From positions 9,673,839 to 9,737,838 of the forward strand of contig OZ316893.1 of NCBI GenBank assembly GCA_973895155.1: a stretch of 64,000 nucleotides of DNA. Direction: 5' to 3'. Shown one piece after another: positions 49,354 to 60,800 of the stretch. Origin of the DNA: Marsupella aquatica. Lineage: Eukaryota > Plantae > Marchantiophyta. The notes beneath the pieces are model-generated. The model saw nothing but the letters and a program-made list of their open reading frames with translations. It had not been told where the DNA came from and searched no databases. Made by a program: the position numbers and the translations under genes. Each line of letters starts with the position of its first letter. Position 1 is the first letter of the stretch.

Positions 49354-52300
49354 GCATGGTCCATCGTCACGAAGGAGAATCTGGATGATGTGAAATACCA
49401 TCCTCGCGTCCAGTGCACAATATTCAAGGGAGAAAAGGGGTCCTTGATCGAGATTGAGGCGGCGATGCACACTGTTAACCAGTAAGTGTCTCTTCCAATA
49501 TATTTCTAATGTAATCTATGATCATAGTGTTTCACTAGCGCCGGGCGCTACTGACTCCCTCTCTTGTTTTCAGGCTTGGGCAGGCAGTGGTCAAACCCTC
49601 TTGGATACTTGATGCAGACCGTATCAACCGAATACTCTCGAATGAACTCGATTACTACAAGTCTATCATTGACGCTGCAAACTTCAAGAAGTTTGGGCAG
49701 ATCATGCAGAAAATACGGAAGGGATCGTGGTATACGAAAAAAATGCCTCAAGAAGCACTTCTGTACATCTTGTGTGAGAATAAGATCAAGTCTTATTCTC
49801 GACAGTTTAAGATGGATCTGGAACATGCTGCCGCTCAGGGTACACCTTGGTCTCCCGGAGAGATTTCAAAAAGACATGCAGCGATGATGAAGGAGGCAAC
49901 AAAGGATTGGGCGATAAAGGTGTCAAAAATTACTCCTCTGTTAAGCCCCGCCTTTGAGGATTTCATCCAGACATGTGCTAAGATGTACCCCCTCACAGAG
50001 AAGAATAAGAAAGAGAAGAAGCCGGATGCAGTTGTCTGTACAATGGATCGAGCAAGATTGTTTACCGCTGTCTCTGCCCTCGACCCTAAGCTAAGGAGTA
50101 CCCTTCTGGTTGCCCATTGTACACCGGAGTTGAGGAAACAATTCTTCCATCCTCAGAGTGTAAATGACGATCCAGTGAAGCAATGGTGCCATACCTGGCA
50201 AACTTGGAACACTGTGGAGGGAATTGCCGTTGGTTTGCTGCAAACCTCCCTACGCCAGGTCAGTGATATAGTCCCTGCCAATCGGTTGCAGGAGTGGGAG
50301 TGTGAGTCGATCGAATCGCTTATTGAAATAGTCTCAAATGACTTCAAGAAATTTGGGGACGCTGTGAAAGGCAAGTTTTTTAATACAATGTGGCCTTCCA
50401 AGTATCCCGACAAGGCTGACTACACCCTCAAGAATCAGAAGAGGGCCAAACGATACCTGTACCGTTTCATCATGCATATGGAGATTGTGAAGCCAGATTA
50501 CTTTTGGGCATACCCTGCTGCTTTCCAAAAGTGGATCGTTGTTCCCGAAGGAGACATACTGGCCGACGTGTATTCAATGTATCCCGCTAAAGGGTGTCTT
50601 CCACCAAGGGAACTATCAGAATGGGAGAGAATTCATTGTCCTTGGTATTTGGACACCGATAGATGGGACTCTCCATTCGGAGACACTGAGAAAGACGCAT
50701 TTCATAAGCTTTCAAAAACTCAGGTCCCTCCCAAGTTTGTGTCCGACATGAAGCAAGGAATCGAAGGTGATGTGAGCAAGTCAGCGTCAGAATTGCAAGC
50801 GGTGTGCAAAACTACAGTTGTTCATGTTGATCGAAGTCGCAAACCCAGAGCCAAAGCAAAAACCGAAGCTACGGCACCGAGTACCTCAACGCGGTCCGCC
50901 AAAAAACGTAAGTTGTCATTCAGCTTGGAGCCTCACAGTTTGGTTAGCGCTAGGCGCTGCTATATGACTATGACTATTGGTTTGTTCAATTGGTTTGGAC
51001 AGCGCCTGGCGCTATTATTCAGCATTGAATAAACTCTGCTCTTTTTCCTTTAGGTGGGAGAAAGTTTGACGCTGCAACCGATGAAACAAAAGTAGATGCC
51101 ACTCCGGAGCCTTCCGAAGCCAATACCGGTGCCCAGTCAGACCCAGTAACTCCAATTGACAAAGCGAAAGAGATTGTCCCTCTTGATGCAACCAGTACAA
51201 AGAAGAAGAAGAAAAGGGCAATTCAAGCAGGAGAATCTTCCCGAGATGATGCCGCTGGAACTGGCGTTCAGAGAGATGTGGGAACCTTCAAGAGCAAATC
51301 TTCTAGGCATTGCATGGTGGAAACAAGTATCCAAGAATTTATTGATATTGCTTTCAACAAAGCAGCAAAACCAGATTGGGTGACTGATGCAGAGAAATGG
51401 GGAAAGGACTTAATCAAGTCGGGTTCCCGAGAAAAGGGAGTAATCAGAGGAGGAAAAGAAAGATCGTTTGGTGTCAATGCAGGATTCATCTATCTTCCTA
51501 TTGGACTTAAACCTACGCTCATGGACCGTCGGGTTCCAAAGTGGAATGTACCAGACCACACAGTTCCCAGTTCTTTCTTCAAAGCGATGGACCCGTTCCT
51601 TTCTAATGATGGCATGCTTGCGATCTTGTATTCTGATGACCATGACCAGGTCTCGCAAGTCATTTCAGCATGCCAGCAGTCCAAAAAGTTCCATTGTGTC
51701 AATTCTCACAATGTCGTCATGTCTATGCCCATGTACAGAGCAAAGACCGATATTCAAGTACAGATCATTGAATCTCTTGTTTATTGTTAGCGCCTGGCGC
51801 TAACTTAGTCTTTGCTGTTGTTCTCAAGTCATTACCCGTCGGTTCATAATTTGAGCCTAACGTGTGCGATGCGTGCAGGTATTTACCCTTAGGCTAGACA
51901 TATTTTGTCGGACTTCTTCAAAAGGGAAGGTACCAAAGGATCCACGGTTTAAGCCTCTTTCAAGAAGTGAAGATCCTTCGATCTCTAACTTGATTGGGCT
52001 TCCAACCTTGAAGACAGATCATTTCCCGGAGTTGGATTTTGCTGGGAACGCTTGTCTTTCGGTTGGTTTTATGCAATCGGTGATAGAGCTCTTTACTCTT
52101 CCTGGAGATATTGTCCTTGACTGGACTGTAGGTTCAGGAAGCACATTCATTGCTGGTGATTTTTCTGGTCGTTTCGTGATTGGGTTGGAAAATAGGCGTG
52201 AGTTTGTTGAGACCGCATCAAGGGTTTTCTTAGAACTTCTTGATCCCAAGCATGTTCCGACATTGCCTCCTCCCGCGACCAATTTAAGTGGTCGCAAAAA

Positions 52301-52839
52301 GAAAGATAGGCTCCGATCTGTTCTCAATTTTGATTCCGATGAAGAGGAAGGTACCTCTAGAGACGTCGGAGATGACACAGAGAAAACCCAGGAGGAAGAT
52401 TCTTTGGAGAAGAGCAAAGACTCAGACGAGTAATGTTCTTCCAGTAAGCTTCTTTATCCTTTCAAGTGTTGTTGACAATTCTGGGTTCTTGCTCTCTTAT
52501 CTCCTAAACTGATATTTTTTTCCGTTTTACTGGATCAGATCAGAATGGAATCTGAGGAAGCGTTTCCAACTCCGGAGGAGACTAGCTAGGAATGTAATTG
52601 TCACTCCTGAGAAGCCGTTTGTTTTGCCCTCATACGCTGAAAATGCCGCTAGGAGGGTTGACAAAATTAGAACGCTTTGTTGGGAAACAAAAGGTCTACG
52701 TCTTCAAAGGGGAGCAGATAGGAAGTTCATGAAGAACCCTTATATAGATGATGTTTCCCGAAGCAAGTACATTGATGACGAAGCTGAGTCCACGGACAGA
52801 TCTGAAAGCTCCGCATCAGAAACATCTGGTAGTTTATAG
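49354..52839 (+). pseudogene. MULE accessory gene, 3' part: central region plus N6/N4 DNA-methyltransferase-like domain
   Basis: GT-AG introns 49482-49573, 50908-51053, 51758-51878 and probably 52430-52538 all preserve frame. C-terminal IELFTLPGDIVLDWTVGSGSTFIAGDFSGRFVIGLE resembles the SAM-binding end of beta-class N6_N4_Mtases. Confidence 0.75.
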
Positions 52840-53628
52840 TTAGCAATGGGGTTTTCTTAGAATACGTCGTTTAATGTTTCAATATGTAAGCATTTCGATG
52901 AATTGGCTGATTTTAAGCCCTTTCAACTTTTACTAGCGCCAGGCGCTCCTCAAACATACTGTCTTTATTTTATTTTTATTTCAGATTCTTCAAGTTTGAG
53001 TTATGAGGACGTGTGCTGAGGTGCAATATTGGCTAGCACCGGGCGCTTCCCAATCTTGTAAAGGTTCTTGGGTGTGGATTCTTTCCTGTTTGTGGTTGCA
53101 TAAATGTTTTGCTTTCCGTCTGATTTTGTGGTATTAGATGAACTGGCGTGAACAGTCATGGATCTTTGCAGCTAGATGTCTTCTGGAAAGACCCTGATCG
53201 GGAGGAGGCTGGAATAGACGATGGTTGTCAACTGGGATTACTGTAGTAGCTCCAGGCGCTACTGAAAGGTTTTGGTTAATTATAATTGACTTGAATAGCC
53301 TTCTGAGATCGAACATTTCATAACCCCCTTCATTAATTATCCTCCGAGAGTGCAATTGGTACAAATTATAAACTCTTCACAGCGCCCGGCGCTAGCAAAA
53401 ATCGTGGAGAGTTCCTACCGCTACGAGTTTCTTATATTTACTCCTGTTTGTCTTTTAAAAAAACCTCACCTTTGGCGTTATTTTTACCAGCGTCGGGTGC
53501 TACCAGAAAAAAATTTCAAAACTTTGAGACTAGAATTTTCCTGTTACTAGTATTTTTGCCTGTTACCAGTTTCTGTTATGAATACCTGTTTCCTGTTTTC
53601 CTGCCTTTTGTAAACACCTCGCACTCAC

Positions 53629-54637
53629 GAATACTGCTTTGAGGCTGGGGAGGCCACCTTGACCCAGCCTGTTGGTGATGTTGGGCTTGTCTCGGACTTT
53701 CAGCTGCCTTCAGGAACTTGTTGGGTGGATCGCCTACTTCTACTACAACCTGTTGGAGCTAGGCTACCTTCTGCTCCATCACCTTCAGGTCCTGGTCAGA
53801 CTTCCCGGCCTCCTTTGCCCTTCGAGCCTTTGCCAGCTTCTCTGTGAAATCATTGAGGAGCCTGGCTGCTTTCAACTTCACCTCTGTCTGGTAGAAGGCC
53901 TGCCAGATATCTTTTGAGAATTGCAGCGGCCTCTGCAAATTCCTATACTCCTCCAAATCTCTAAGGTGAGACCTGATCTTCATTCTATCATGGTATCTAG
54001 CTTGTGACATGGAGTTTGAAATTTTGTCAGCAAGCCACTGTGAATCCATCTCTCCTCCATTTCGAAATGCATCTTTCACCTGATTGATGACTCGCTTCTG
54101 CTCTGCCTTTGAGCGAGTGCCCCACTCGACTCCTCTTGCAAAATTTGTGGATACAATGTGCCTGATTGTGCTCTTGGCCCCATTGTAAGCAAGCTCGGTG
54201 GGAATCCCCTCATCCTCTAAAGTAATCAGAGGCAGCTTCCTCCTTGCTGCCTCCTTCTTTCTTTGCTCCTCCCTCTGTTTCCTGATCAGGTCTCTCTCAT
54301 CTTTCCTCCTCTTCTTTTCCAATGCTTGAGGCGAGAGCACTCCAGCCTGAGCTCTCTCGTCCCTCTTTCGCTTCCTCTCAGCAGCCGCCTGCTCTGCTGC
54401 CTTCCTTGCATCCTCCTCCACTGCTGCTTGCCCTGCAGTGAGACCTGCTTGCAAGGCTTGGCCCAGAAGGGCACTCAATGATGCCAGCCCTGCTGGACTG
54501 GTGAAATCAATTTGACTCAACTGTGCAACCGAAAAATGCTCATCCACAATCGCCTTCAATCGATCCCCCCCCCCTTGGTTGCCTCCGCTGCTGCCAGAAG
54601 CTCCTCCATCACCACCAGTCCCCTCTCCGCTCGCCAT
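53629..54637 (-). pseudogene. CACTA second gene (TnpA-like), exon 1
   Basis: ORF 53759-54637 continues past a TAG, with a frameshift, to ...NRLGQGGLPSLKAVF|GTGAGT (donor site, which is also the MULE target site). Transcribed divergently from the transposase. The TnpA call rests on position and the G-x-GG motif. Confidence 0.6.
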
Positions 54638-55365
54638 CGCTCCGCCCTTGCCCTCGTTGCTTTCCTCAGGCCTGAATGAACTGAATCCGCCTTGTCCGCG
54701 CTCGGCAATCCATAAGGATTCAAAATATTAGGCTTTGCGATTCGTTTCGCATCGCAGTTTGCGATGCATCGGCCTTCGCAAAAAGCTTCGCAAATTCTAT
54801 CTTTGCGAAGCTTCAAGATTCGCAAAAGCCTTCGCTATTTGGTTTTGCCATAACCCCCGTCTCGCATGCGTATTTGATGTGTTGTTAGGGATACTAAGGG
54901 GGCTTATGAACATTAAATGGGGTAGATGTAGAGGATTATGTTGCATTTTAGTGGGATGTGATGAGATAAGGATTGGGGGGGTTAGAAAATTGAAGGAGTT
55001 ATATTGGAGGGTAAGAGGAGGGGGTTTGGCCTGGTTAGGGGAGGGTTTCTTTTGTGAAGGTTGGGCTTAGATTGGCTTAGATACGAGGGGTTTTATGTTT
55101 TGGGTTTGCAGGGGGGTTTTATTTATGAAGGTTGGGGTTATATGTATTGGAGGGTAAGAGCTAGGATGGGTTTTATGTTTTGGGTTTTGGGGTTTAGGCC
55201 AACTTAGGAGGGTTTGAAAGAGAGGTTTCAGTTTTATAGTATCTTGGGTTACTTTTATGGTATCTTAGGAGGGTAACCAAGAGGGGTGGCATATAATTAT
55301 GGTAGAGAGAAGCATAGGATGGTTGAAGGGAATTGACCATTTAGGTTTTTGCTAATTTCATTGGC

Positions 55366-56380
55366 TTACGCTTTTAGAGTTCCCAAGGTCTATGGTGGGT
55401 TTTTATTGCATGACACTCACCTTTCACTTGAAGCGGGATGAGGTTTTGGTTTTTATGCTAACAATTGAGGGAAATCCCATGTAATCATGATCCACTGCAG
55501 GACCATCACTGCTTCCTCAACTTTTGTCTAATGCATATGCATTGTGGGAACCCGGACATCTAAAAGGTATATTTAAACATGTATGTTAGCAGGGTTTGAT
55601 AAAGAGATTGTTCATAAACCTTGCCCTTCTTTGTTGTGCAAGAATATCTATATGCACATGTTTGGGGGTCTACAACTTGAGAGAAGCTAATGGCTATCCA
55701 AACTTACTTTTTTGTTTCCAGTATTTTCCTCGTGCTTCTAGATTCAGCTCATGTTCAATGAGCCACACGACCTACAGGCACTATTGAGTCCGGATCTCAT
55801 TCAGGTAATTATTGTCCAACTTCATTCTGGGCTTAGGCCTTTAGAGTTTTCCCAGGGGTCTAGGGTGGGTTTTTATTGCATGACACTCACCTTTCACTCG
55901 AGGGGGGATAAGGGTTTAGGGTTTAGGGTTTTATGCTAACAATTGAGGGGAAAACCCATGTAATCATGATACAACGCAAGGCCAACACTACTACCTCAAC
56001 TTTTGTCTAATGCATATGCATTGTGGGAACCCGGGCATCTAAAAGGTATAACATCATGTATACAGTCAATGTTGTTAGTACAGATTTTTATGCTTGCCCT
56101 TCTTTGTTGTGCCATGATATATGTGGGTAAATGTCTAAGATTCCACAACTTGACGGCTGCTAATTACCATCCAAACTTACATTTTGTTTCCAGTATTTTC
56201 CTCCTACTTCTAGATTTGGCAAATGTTCCAAAAGCCACATGACCTATAGGCACTGTTGAGCCCGGGTCTCATTCAGGTAATAATCTAACCTCACTTAGGA
56301 CATAGGGTATTACAATTTTCCCAAAGGTTATAATGTGGTTTCGTCTTGCATGACACTCACCTTAATTTGGGTTTCATGCT
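55366..56380. repeat. Tandem repeat, 470-bp period, two copies plus a partial third, between the two CACTA genes
   Basis: gcatgacactcacctt occurs at 55408, 55878 and 56348, and the intervening sequence is alignable. Confidence 0.9.
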
Positions 56381-56519
56381 AACAAATATAAAAGGGTAAT
56401 AAAACCCCATGTATAAACCAACCTAATTGTTTTTTGAGTTCATTTTTTTGAAAATCGCTTTATATATGGCCTAATTTTTCCTAATCATGCCCTACATGCA
56501 ATGTAATGTGGCAGTGGAT

Positions 56520-56744
56520 ATGTCCTCTTCCTCTGAACTATCCAGTAGTGAGTACTCCTCCGATGACGATATACCCCCTCCTCCTCAGCCCAAGGTTACC
56601 GGTCCTCGTGGTCCACCCCGAAGACTTTGTGACTGCACCAGATGTGTGGGCCAAATTTCTCAAAAATCTTATGTGTGTGCTCAACATATCGAGAGATATG
56701 GACGTCATAAAGGTCTTACTCCCGGGGCTTCTTCATCCCATATG
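56520..56744 (+). CDS. CACTA exon 1 with a transposase-associated CxCxxC...H zinc-binding motif
   Basis: RRLCDCTRC...VCAQHIERYG; phase-0 donor ATG|GTAAGT. Confidence 0.7.
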
Positions 56745-56855
56745 GTAAGTTTGTTTCAATTGATTGTCATTCTTTACTGTTATTTTTAGAGGTGAATCAA
56801 TGTTTACACATATGGTTTACACATTTGGTTGTTTGTGGGTGTTTGCATGGAATAG

Positions 56856-57686
56856 GGATCCAATATGCGTAGATTGGTGACACCACCACCCTATGTCCCA
56901 TCACAAGGAGTTTTAGATGCTATAGGCAATGCACTTTCACAAGCCTTGGGTTTGGGAATTAGTACCAGTCATGGGACAGAAGGGGAACACCCTCATGTGC
57001 CCACTGAGACACGAAGACCCCGGTCCAGGCCCCAATCCAACAGGAGGCCACGAGCACCCAATGACCCATCCAGAACACTAGTTCAGGGTAGGTGGGGTGT
57101 TTGTTCATTCACCGGCAAGTGTGCTTCTATCATCAAGGATTGGGAACCTATCACTCTTGGCTTGCCTTATTTTACAGATTTTGATGAGGAGATTGTGGTT
57201 TGGGGTAGACGTTGGATTGTGAAAACTTCCACACTTGGAGAGAGACATGGATATGGAGTATTTGCTTGTGAGGATATCATCATGGATGAGGAGGGTGGGT
57301 CAAGTGTTCGTGGTAGAGAGGGTCCTACTTTGTTCCCATACGGTGGACCCATCTACAAGAGAAGACATTGGAACATGATCCTTGCACAACATCCTGAGTG
57401 GAAAACATATGCTCTAGAGATGGATACTTTTGATGGTAGCACTAGAAGGTATAGTGAGCAGCGGGTGATAGACGGTGATCCCATACGTAATGGGAATATT
57501 GATGGTTTCATAAATAGTACTGTGGGGACTCGGCCCAAGCATAGGGCCAATTGTGAGTGGGTTTTTACTGATGGTCCAATGCCGGCACCATATGGCACGA
57601 CATATCATAAGGACCATTGCTTAGTTCTTGCTACTAGGACCATTAGAGCAGGAGATGAGTTATTCACACACTATGAGTGGGATTAG
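56856..57686 (+). CDS. SET-domain protein exon carried by the CACTA
   Basis: HGYGVFACEDI, FPYGG, NIDGFINS, ANCEW and ATRTIRAGDELFTHYEW are the ordered SET motifs. Acceptor aatag| is in frame with exon 1. ORF is intact. Confidence 0.85.
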   Translation, partial: GSNMRRLVTPPPYVPSQGVLDAIGNALSQALGLGISTSHGTEGEHPHVPTETRRPRSRPQSNRRPRAPNDPSRTLVQGRWGVCSFTGKCASIIKDWEPITLGLPYFTDFDEEIVVWGRRWIVKTSTLGERHGYGVFACEDIIMDEEGGSSVRGREGPTLFPYGGPIYKRRHWNMILAQHPEWKTYALEMDTFDGSTRRYSEQRVIDGDPIRNGNIDGFINSTVGTRPKHRANCEWVFTDGPMPAPYGTTYHKDHCLVLATRTIRAGDELFTHYEWD

Positions 57687-57899
57687 GAAATCATGTCCTT
57701 TATCCTCTTGCACCTATTTTGGACTTCCCATTTACTATTATATATATATGGCCTTTGGGCTCATTTTGGAGTAATAAGGTTTTAGCCCATGCATTTACTT
57801 TAATTCTTAATGTCTTGAATAAATGGTGTTAAGTCTATTTTAATTTGTTGTACTTGGTCAAATATACATGAGGAGGTTTTTTGGTTGTAATGTGCATAG

Positions 57900-60800
57900 A
57901 ATGCGCAACCATCTCAACAAATGTTACCACGAAGGTTGAGAGCAACATATCGGGAGATGCGTATGCCAGAAGAGGGAGAACCATCAGAGGGTGATTCCTC
58001 ATCAAGTAATGATGTAGGTGGTGTTGATGAGGAAGCCGCACCTCGGACTGATGACCAGGTCATGCATGATCAAGATAGAGCCATGGATGACTTCATGGTT
58101 GATTGGTTTGGTGCCGATGTTGAGGATGATGTGCCTCACATTGGTCATGAGGTTGGCCCTTCAAATGACCCACGGCCACAACATACTCCAGAGGGACAAC
58201 AACAATGGAAAGAGGCAGAGGAACATGCTCGAACACCTATTTTTGAGGGTGCTCGGTTGAGCCGTCTTTCTGCCATATTGGGGCTCTTGAACATTCAAGC
58301 CAAACACAAGACAAGCAATTCTATGTTATCAGACATATTTGAATATTGTCATGACTTGATGTTACCCTTGGAGAATGTGTTGCCAGGGACTTGGAAGGAT
58401 GCAAAGAAGGTTCTCTCATCCATTGGCATGGATTACCATATTATTCATGCCTGTGTGAATGATTGCATGTTATTTCACGAGGATACAGCCCATATCACAG
58501 AATGCACAGTATGTCATGAGCCACGGTATGAGCCAAATATGCTAACCCAGAAGGTATCAAGGAAAGCAGTTCGTTGGTTCCCCATAATTCCTCGCTTGTT
58601 GCACATGTATAGATGTTCTGACTTGGCCGAGTTGATGGTATGGCACAAGAAACATCGTTCGGAGCCCGGTGTCATGCGATTACCAGTTGACTCTCCTGCT
58701 CATAAACATGTGGAATCAACATGGCCAGATTTTGAGCGTGACCCTCGGCATGTGCGATTGGGGTTGGCATCAGATGGAGTTAGCCCTCATTCACTTGGAG
58801 GGAAGGGGAGACCTACGTCAGTCTGGCCTGTGGTTCTCATGAATTACAACCTTCCACCATGGTTGTCCATGAAAAAGGGTTTTTTGTTGCTATCTTTGAT
58901 TATCCCAGGGCCAAAGAAGGTGAAGAACATGGACACCTATTTGACATTACTGGTTCAGGAACTCCAGAAATTATGGGAAGGAGTATGGGCATATGATGGT
59001 CGAAAGACTACAGGGGGTACCCCACGGGTTTTCAAACTCAAAGGGGTTTGTATGTGGACCATGCATGACTACCCAGGTAAGAACTTTGTTGTTTGAATAC
59101 ATCATATTCTAATGCATGGTATCCCCTCATTTCCATGTGCTAATCCTAACATAATGTGTGTTTATATGACCAGGATTTGACTTTGTGAGTGGGTTGCAAA
59201 CCCAAGGCTACAAGGCTTGCTCCACTTGTGGCCCAAGCCTTGGTGATGTAGCCAAGTATTCATCACATCTTTGCAAGATTGTTTATCTTGGGCATACAAA
59301 GTTTCTTCCAATGGGACATCAGATGAGGCGTGACCCACTACTATTTTCCTCTATTGATATGCCCTTTGGTGACGAGCGTGATGTACCTGAGCCAACAACT
59401 TTTATACACTGGAAAGACATGGCTGCAAGAGTGGCAGACCCAGAGGATCCCATGCAATTTGACGGTAGTGGCTTGACAAGGTGGAGTATATTAACCACTT
59501 TGCCCTATTGGGGTGAGTTGAAGATCCGCCATCTATTAGACCCCATGCACATTGAGGGAAATGTGGGAAAGGCTTTGATAAAGGCTTTCTATGGAGAGAA
59601 AGACACTAACTTCAGGGAGGCTTGTGAGGATCTTGAGATGCATCCAGACGTGTGGGTCATAATTGATCCTATCACAGGGATCGAGCATCGACCTTCAGCT
59701 CCATGGGTGCTTCCTATTGGCCAGAGAAGGGAGTTTCGGAATCGCATAGGAGACATGCGGTTTCCTACTGGTTATGGTGCCAATCTCCGAAAGGCCTTTG
59801 GGATGGAGGACAATCATAAGTGGCCAAGGTATCTCAAGACACATGACTACCATAGGTTATTGCAGCACATATTGCCTGTGGCCATAATAGGTTTGGCAAG
59901 TGAAGAAGTGCAAGATGCCCTTTGGTCATTGGGAAAACTATTGAGATGGGTATGCTCAGATAAGGAGATATATACTGATGAGATCCCTGGGATGGAGGTT
60001 TTGGCAGCAGAGGTGGTATGCAAGTTGGAGAAGGCCCTTCCTCCTTCCTTTTTTGACTGTCAAGTGCATTTACTTGTTCATCTTGTTCATGAGGTGGCCA
60101 TTGCAGGTCCTGTGCATTGTCGGTGGATGTATTGGCTAGAACGATACATGGCAGTGTTAAAAGGTTATGTACGTAACCGTGCACGGGTTGAGGGAAGCAT
60201 GCTACAGGATACTTAGCAGCTGGGAGTATGTTCTATTGTAGTAACATATTGGCCACAATTGATTGTACCTCTCCCCGTACTTGGGTAGAGGAGAGGGAAG
60301 ATGAAGAGGATCGTTTAACAGGTGCTAGGAAAACTCGCATCATGTTGACACCAGTGGAGGTGAAACAACTGACCACATTCATGTTGAGTAACAGCACTAT
60401 CATGGAAGAATGGAGGGATTTCTATGAGGATGCCAAAAGTAACAGCACAAGACCAAGGATTTTTCCAAAGTACCTTGACTATATGAAGGAGAAGTTAGTT
60501 GAGGTGGATGACATGGTGGTCAGGGGAGAGAGTATATTACATTTTCCGGCTATCACAGATGATGTTCGTACCATTGTTCATGGTCCCTTGAGAGTGGTTA
60601 CAACAAGGACAGCAATGTGGACACAAGGAAGACATTTTAGGTGATCTCCATCTACCTTAGTAACCTTTGATTTGAATCACTTGGTTTAATTTAATTCATT
60701 TGTAATACAAGCACGTATATTGAAGAGGCAGATTCTTGGTGTGTTCAATTAATTGGAATATGTTTGTGTATATTTTTGTGTAACATATCCTTATGGTTTG

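Larger units (their letters stand above)
27896..53620. mobile_element. Mutator-like (MULE) DNA transposon, ~10.3 kb without the nested Gypsy, with two divergent genes
   Basis: Perfect 9-bp TSD GCACTCACG (27887-27895 / 53621-53629). Short imperfect TIRs with a caggaaa(a)caggaaa(a)cagg(a/t)attc core. DDE+SWIM transposase. Confidence 0.9.

Noticed and set aside
49354-52839. Bacterial contamination as the source of the ParB/MTase-like gene
   Set aside because: The gene has frame-preserving GT-AG introns and sits inside TSD-bounded plant-type transposons.
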